From the NCBI GenBank assembly GCA_017559445.1, contig JAFYSJ010000006.1:380-64379 (forward strand): 64,000 nt of DNA, given 5' to 3'. Position numbers and translations under genes: made by a program. The notes below the pieces were generated by a model. The model saw only the letters and a list, made by a program, of their open reading frames with translations, was not told the DNA's origin and searched no databases. The stretch comes from Clostridia bacterium. GTDB lineage: Bacteria; Bacillota; Clostridia; RGIG7378. Positions within the stretch are counted from its first letter, which is position 1; every line of letters begins with the position of its first letter. This document shows, piece after piece, positions 58,748-64,000 of the stretch.

Positions 58748-59853
58748 TGAAAAAAGTAATTTCAATTGTTTTGTCCGTTGCAATAATCATCACAGCATGT
58801 GTTTCCATGACAGGCTGTGGCACAAATGACACTGTAGAGAATCTTGAAGGTACATACACACAGGAGTACGCAGGTACAACACTTAACGTATTCAACTGGG
58901 GACAGTATATTTCTGACGGCGCTGAGGGTTCCCTGGATGTAAATGCAGCTTTCGAAAAGCTCACAGGCATCAAGGTTAATTACAGCACATACGAGAGCAA
59001 CGAGGCCATGTACGGCAAGATGAAGAGCGGTGCTGTTGCATATGACATCATCATCCCTTCTGATTACATGATTCAGAGAATGGCTAACGAGGGAATGCTT
59101 AGGGAGATTGATACATCTAAGCTCTCCAACTACCACTATATTGCAGATAAGTACAAGGGACTTTACTTTGACCCAGATAACAAGTACTCCGTTGCATATA
59201 GCGTTGGTATGGTTGGCCTTATTTACAACACAACTTTGGTAGATGAGAAGCCCACAAGCTGGAAGATTATGTGGGATGAGAAGTACACAGGTAACGTACT
59301 TACATTCAACAACCCAAGAGATGCATTTGCTATTTCTCAGTTTGCTTTGGGCATTGACCTTAACACAACAAACACAGCCGATTGGGACAGAGCAGCAGAT
59401 TACCTTAAGCAGCAGAACAAGGTTTTGCAGGGCAGAGTAATGGACGAAGTTTTCAACAAGATGGAGTCCGCAAATGCAGCAATTGCTCCTTACTATGCAG
59501 GCGACTACCTCACAATGGCTGAGGAGAACGAGGATCTTGCATTTGTATATCCAGAAGAGGGAACAAACATCTTCGTAGATTCAATTTGTATTCCATCTAA
59601 CTGCCAGAACTACGAGGCAGCTCTCATGTACATCAACTTCCTTTTGGAGGTAGAGGTTGCATTGGCTAACGCAGAGTACATCTGCTACGCAACACCTAAC
59701 ACTGGCGTTTTGGCTTCCAAGGACTACAGTCTCAAGGACAGCGAGGTTCTTTACCCAGCAGTTGAGCCCAAGACTCAGTATTTCCATGACCTTCCTGCAG
59801 ATGTTCGTTCTTACTTCGAGAATCTGTGGAATCAGGTTATCCTTGCCGACTAA
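58747..59853 (+). CDS. potD: spermidine/putrescine-binding lipoprotein
   Basis: Lipobox SMTGC; PotD/PotF family size and order. Confidence 0.85.
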   Translation: MKKVISIVLSVAIIITACVSMTGCGTNDTVENLEGTYTQEYAGTTLNVFNWGQYISDGAEGSLDVNAAFEKLTGIKVNYSTYESNEAMYGKMKSGAVAYDIIIPSDYMIQRMANEGMLREIDTSKLSNYHYIADKYKGLYFDPDNKYSVAYSVGMVGLIYNTTLVDEKPTSWKIMWDEKYTGNVLTFNNPRDAFAISQFALGIDLNTTNTADWDRAADYLKQQNKVLQGRVMDEVFNKMESANAAIAPYYAGDYLTMAEENEDLAFVYPEEGTNIFVDSICIPSNCQNYEAALMYINFLLEVEVALANAEYICYATPNTGVLASKDYSLKDSEVLYPAVEPKTQYFHDLPADVRSYFENLWNQVILAD

Positions 59854-59855
59854 GT

Positions 59856-60755
59856 ATGGCAGAGTTTAATTACAAAGGCATAAATGTAAAGGAATACCCC
59901 GGTGGCATATTGCTGTCCGGGGTTTCAGACTTTATTCCCACACACGTGTTCCAGTGCGGACAGTGTTTTAGATGGCAACAGGTGGAGGAAGAGAGCTTCC
60001 ATGGTATTGCAGGTGGCAAACAGGCTCGCATTTCCATGCTTTCTAATGGAGATTTGGAGCTGTCAGGTGTGACCCCGGAGGATTTAGATAGTTTCTGGCA
60101 TAACTACTTAGACCTTGGCACCGATTATGGCAAGATCAAGGAACTTGTCACAGACGATGACATAATGAGAGAGGCCATTGAGGTGGGAAAGGGCATCCGT
60201 CTCCTTAAGCAGGACCTGTGGGAGATGATGGTTTCCTTTATTATTTCTGCAAATAACAATATTCCTAGGATCTCTGGCTCTGTGGAAAAGATATGTAACC
60301 AGTGGGGAGACCCCATTTCTGGTACTGACAGAAAATCTTTCCCAACAGCAAAGGCCCTATCTCGGGCTACGGTAGACGAAATCCGTTCCATGGGCGTCGG
60401 ATTTAGGGATAAGTACATTAAGGCGGCCAGCCTAGAAATGCAGGCAGAGGGCAGTTTAGAGACTTTGAGAAAGGAACTTATCCAGGGAGATTGTCAGCAG
60501 GCACTAGACAGAATGCTCAAGTTTATAGGAGTGGGTCCCAAGGTTGCCCATTGCATCCTGCTTTTCACAGGTATTAGGTACGACATGTTCCCCAAGGATG
60601 TTTGGGTACTGAGAGTCATGAAGGAGCTATACCCAGAGGAGTCCAACACACCTGCAGACATAGATAGAGCAGTTGCCCGAAGGTTTGGCGACTTGGCAGG
60701 ATATGCACAACAATATTTGTTTTACTATATTAGAAAAACTACAATCGGCAAATGA
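59856..60755 (+). CDS. ogg: 8-oxoguanine DNA glycosylase / N-glycosylase-DNA lyase (HhH-GPD, Ogg-like)
   Basis: HhH motif FIGVGPKVAHCILLF plus catalytic Lys/Asp region. Confidence 0.7.
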   Translation: MAEFNYKGINVKEYPGGILLSGVSDFIPTHVFQCGQCFRWQQVEEESFHGIAGGKQARISMLSNGDLELSGVTPEDLDSFWHNYLDLGTDYGKIKELVTDDDIMREAIEVGKGIRLLKQDLWEMMVSFIISANNNIPRISGSVEKICNQWGDPISGTDRKSFPTAKALSRATVDEIRSMGVGFRDKYIKAASLEMQAEGSLETLRKELIQGDCQQALDRMLKFIGVGPKVAHCILLFTGIRYDMFPKDVWVLRVMKELYPEESNTPADIDRAVARRFGDLAGYAQQYLFYYIRKTTIGK

Positions 60756-60778
60756 TTGTAGTTTTTGTCTTCTGGGCC

Positions 60779-61015
60779 TTAGGCTTCTATGTATTTGCCT
60801 TTGTCGATCCTGTACATTTGCTGCACAGGACAGTGATTGTCCCTGGATAGTTTGATCACAATGTCCCTGTTGCTGGGACTGAACTCCAAAGCAGTGTTGC
60901 AATTGCCCTTGGCGATGTGGCCTGGGATCGAAACCACGGTGGCAGTTATGCCTCTTCGCGCCAAAACTTCATACATGTAGTAGGTGTGGTTAGCTGATGT
61001 ATATAGCGCAACCAT
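60779..61015 (-). CDS. DUF3343-family small protein
   Basis: VVSIPGHIAKGNCNTAL resembles the DUF3343 iP.P..is..CG.A signature. Confidence 0.5.
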   Translation of the reverse strand: MVALYTSANHTYYMYEVLARRGITATVVSIPGHIAKGNCNTALEFSPSNRDIVIKLSRDNHCPVQQMYRIDKGKYIEA

Positions 61016-61112
61016 ATGGCCTCCTTATAGATAGATTTTCCTGTTGTATGATATGGGGGAAAAGGTCGTTTTGTGACGGAAATGTTAATTTGCAAATGAA
61101 CACTTTTTGGTG

Positions 61113-61376
61113 TTGAAGGTCAAAAATTAGGGGAGTATAATGAAGGTGCCTGGGATGTTCGGTTAACCTAATATTTTGAACCTACACCGAGTAAAAGGGG
61201 ACTTAGGTTTGTGAGGGATGTCGGGCTTCATCATTCGGCCTTATGGTCGGCAGTAGAGGACAGTAACGATGCAACAGAGACCCCACCTAGCATATGCTGG
61301 GTGTCAAAATACGGGACTCGGCATATCCGGGTTTTAAGGATTATGAGGCGGATGGCGGTGGCTGTCCGCTTTTTTG
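61113..61376 (+). ncRNA. candidate small RNA / structured leader (about 230 nt) delimited by promoter and terminator
   Basis: TTGAAG-17-TATAAT (61113-61141); terminator gcggatggcggtggctgtccgc plus T7 (61347-61376); 5' tattttga pairs with 3' tcaaaata; no T-box consensus seen. Confidence 0.3.
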
Positions 61377-61529
61377 TATATAAGGGTGAAAAGGGCTCCT
61401 AGGTTGCAATTTATTAAAAAATGGTAACAATTCGCCACTTTTTGCACCATTGCTTTCATCTTTTTTGCTTACACATGCAGTAAAATGTGTTACAATAAGC
61501 GGTAATCGTTTTAACATATGAGGTGACAT

Positions 61530-63974
61530 ATGAGTTTTAATGAATATAACCCTTCTAGTATTGAAAAGAAGTGGCAAGGCATTTGGGAGGCAGACAAGGC
61601 ATTTGAGGCTTCTGCTGATCATTCTAAGCTTAAGTTTTTTGGTTTGATTGAATTCCCCTACCCATCCGGCAACGGATTGCACGTAGGACATCCTAGATCC
61701 AACACAGCTCTCGACATTATTTGCCGTAAGCGTCGTATGGAAGGCTACAACGTTCTCTTCCCAATGGGATGGGACGCTTTTGGTTTGCCCACAGAGAATT
61801 TTGCTATTAAGAATCAGATACATCCTGCTATCGTAACTAAGCAGAACGTGGATCATTTCCGCGATCAGCTTAAGATGCTCGGCTTCTCCTTTGACTGGAG
61901 CCGTGAGGTTAACACAACAGATCCTAACTACTACAGATGGACACAGTGGATTTTCCTTCAGTTGTTCAAGGCTGGTCTCGCATACAAGAGCTCCATGCCA
62001 ATTAACTGGTGCACAAGCTGTAAGGTTGGTTTGGCTAACGAAGAGGTAGTTAACGGTAAGTGTGAGCGTTGCGGTGGCGAGGTTGTTCGTCAGGTTAAGT
62101 CTCAGTGGATGCTCAAGATCACAGACTACGCAGATAAGCTTATCGAGGGTCTTGATTCCGTTAACTTTATCGAAAAGGTTAAGATTCAGCAGCGCAACTG
62201 GATTGGTAAGTCCACAGGTGCAGAGGTAGATTTCACAATCTGCGCTCCAGCAAATGGCGAGAATCCTGCAGTTGAGTCCAAGGTTACAATTTACACAACA
62301 CGTCCTGACACATTGTTTGGCGCAACATACATGGTACTTTCTCCCGAGCACAAGCTTGTTGAGCAGTTGGCACTATACATTACAAATAACGACCAGGTAC
62401 TTGCATACAAGGCAGAGGCAGCACGTAAGTCTGACTTTGAGCGTACAGAGATGGCTAAGGACAAGACTGGCGTTGAGCTCAAGGGCATTTACGCAGTTAA
62501 CCCTGTAGACGGCAGACAGATTCCAGTATGGATTTCTGACTATGTATTGGCTAGCTACGGTACAGGCGCTATTATGGCTGTTCCTGCACACGATACACGT
62601 GACTACGAGTTCGCTAAGACATTTGGCATCGACATTATCGAGGTTGTTGCTGGTGGCGATATTTCTAAGGAAGCTTTCACAGATATCCAGGAAGGAACTA
62701 TGATTAACTCTGGTTTCCTTAACGGAAAGACTGTTGCAGAGGCTAAGGAAAGCATTATCGCATGGCTTGAAGAAAAGGGTATCGGTCACGCTAAGGTTAA
62801 CTTTAAGCTTCGTGACTGGGTATTCTCCCGTCAGCGTTACTGGGGTGAGCCAATCCCGCTTGTATACTGCGAGCACTGTGGTTGGGTTCCAGTTCCAGAG
62901 GATCAGCTTCCATTGGAGCTCCCTGCTATTGAGCAGTTCGTACAGACAGACGACGGTGAGTCCCCACTTACTCGTTGCACAGATTGGGTAAACACAACAT
63001 GTCCTCATTGCGGCCAGCCTGCAAAGAGAGAGACAGATACAATGCCACAGTGGGCAGGTTCCTCTTGGTACTATATTAGATACGCAGATCCTCACAACAA
63101 TACTGCTTTGGCAGATTGGGATGAGATGAACTACTGGTTGCCTGTAGACTGGTACAACGGCGGTATGGAGCATACAACACTCCACTTGCTTTACTCCCGT
63201 TTCTGGCATAAGTTCTTGTACGATCAGGGTGTTGTACCAACAGCTGAGCCTTATGCAAAGAGAACAGCTCATGGTATGATCCTTGGCGAAAACGGCGAGA
63301 AGATGTCTAAGTCCCGTGGTAACGTAGTTAACCCAGACGATACAGTAGCAGAGATTGGTGCAGACGCATTTAGAACATACGAAATGTTCATGGGCGCATT
63401 TGACCAGCCAATTCCATGGTCCACACAGGGTGCAAGAGGATGCCGCAAGTTCCTTGACCGTGTATGGAAGCTTCAGGAGAAGATGACAGCTGAGGAAGAG
63501 GTTTCTGCAGCACTTAAGTCTAAGGTTCATGGCTTGATCAAGAAGGTTAGCGATGATTACGAAAAGATGAAGTTCAACACAGCTATTGCAGCTATGATGG
63601 CATTTATCAACGAGGCATATACTCTTGGTTCTGTTTCCAGAGGCGATATGAGAGCATTGCTCCAGCTTTTGAACCCAGTTGCACCTCACATGACAGAGGA
63701 AATCTGGGAGGCAAACAACCTTGGTGCACAGCCAATCTACAAGACAGCATGGCCAACATACGACGAGGCTGCTATTGCTGAGGCAGAGGTTGAGATTGCT
63801 GTTCAGATCCTTGGTAAGATCAAGGCTAGAATCATGGTTCCATCCGGATTGGATGCAGCAGGCACAGAGGAGTTTGCTAAGAACCACGATGCGGTTAAAG
63901 AATTGTTAGATGGTAAGACTATTGTTAAGGTAATTGCCGTTCCAGGCAGACTGATTAACTTTATCGTTAGATAA
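61530..63974 (+). CDS. leuS: leucine--tRNA ligase
   Basis: HVGHPRS (HIGH), KMSKS, CP1 editing domain; separate promoter TTACAC-16-TGtTACAAT at 61469-61496. Confidence 0.95.
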   Translation: MSFNEYNPSSIEKKWQGIWEADKAFEASADHSKLKFFGLIEFPYPSGNGLHVGHPRSNTALDIICRKRRMEGYNVLFPMGWDAFGLPTENFAIKNQIHPAIVTKQNVDHFRDQLKMLGFSFDWSREVNTTDPNYYRWTQWIFLQLFKAGLAYKSSMPINWCTSCKVGLANEEVVNGKCERCGGEVVRQVKSQWMLKITDYADKLIEGLDSVNFIEKVKIQQRNWIGKSTGAEVDFTICAPANGENPAVESKVTIYTTRPDTLFGATYMVLSPEHKLVEQLALYITNNDQVLAYKAEAARKSDFERTEMAKDKTGVELKGIYAVNPVDGRQIPVWISDYVLASYGTGAIMAVPAHDTRDYEFAKTFGIDIIEVVAGGDISKEAFTDIQEGTMINSGFLNGKTVAEAKESIIAWLEEKGIGHAKVNFKLRDWVFSRQRYWGEPIPLVYCEHCGWVPVPEDQLPLELPAIEQFVQTDDGESPLTRCTDWVNTTCPHCGQPAKRETDTMPQWAGSSWYYIRYADPHNNTALADWDEMNYWLPVDWYNGGMEHTTLHLLYSRFWHKFLYDQGVVPTAEPYAKRTAHGMILGENGEKMSKSRGNVVNPDDTVAEIGADAFRTYEMFMGAFDQPIPWSTQGARGCRKFLDRVWKLQEKMTAEEEVSAALKSKVHGLIKKVSDDYEKMKFNTAIAAMMAFINEAYTLGSVSRGDMRALLQLLNPVAPHMTEEIWEANNLGAQPIYKTAWPTYDEAAIAEAEVEIAVQILGKIKARIMVPSGLDAAGTEEFAKNHDAVKELLDGKTIVKVIAVPGRLINFIVR

Positions 63975-64000
63975 TTAGGAGGTTAACATGGCAGAGAATT

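Noticed and set aside
61147-61376. Canonical T-box riboswitch call upstream of leuS
   Set aside because: The genomic context makes it expected, but I could not find the T-box 14-mer, AGAGA/AGUA boxes or a specifier-loop context by eye. I kept it as an unresolved candidate sRNA/leader rather than calling it a T-box.

Overview
This 64-kb window looks like a chromosomal segment of a Firmicutes (Clostridia/Lachnospiraceae-like) genome at about 45% GC. The taxonomic call rests on tmk-holB synteny, an EndoA-type MazF, a type III glutamine synthetase, PT-rich linkers and BspA-like LRR lipoproteins. Housekeeping genes include tmk, holB, dapF, rpiB, glnN (GS-III), cysK-cysE, a class A PBP, rluB-like, rnhA, pgsA, potABCD, ogg, leuS and a tRNA-Arg(ACG). 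Mixed in are accessory blocks: a low-GC block at 1.9-5.3 kb (XRE regulator, LURP-one-related protein, GNATs), a mazEF-type toxin-antitoxin pair, two tandem paralogous BspA-type LRR surface lipoproteins, and an AT-rich island (about 24.85-29.77 kb). The island encodes a secreted beta-rich protein, a lipoprotein and a MacAB-like tripartite ABC exporter. The most unusual signal is a dispersed family of intergenic elements in at least five copies plus one remnant. Each is an array of short hairpins followed by double stop codons (TAGTGA, TAGTAG and variants). Full copies add a conserved three-hairpin core of about 110 nt, a -10-like box and a (CACYAAA)n CA-rich tail. Four of the five copies begin at or 1 nt after the stop codon of an upstream gene, and two of them supply the last codons of dapF and rnhA, which is REP/BIME-like behaviour. 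Other notable items are an ICMT-family methyltransferase split by an in-frame TAA, a 20-bp perfect inverted repeat pair bounding a 202-bp segment upstream of tmk, and a promoter-plus-terminator-delimited candidate sRNA of about 230 nt upstream of leuS. No T-box consensus is recognisable by eye upstream of leuS.
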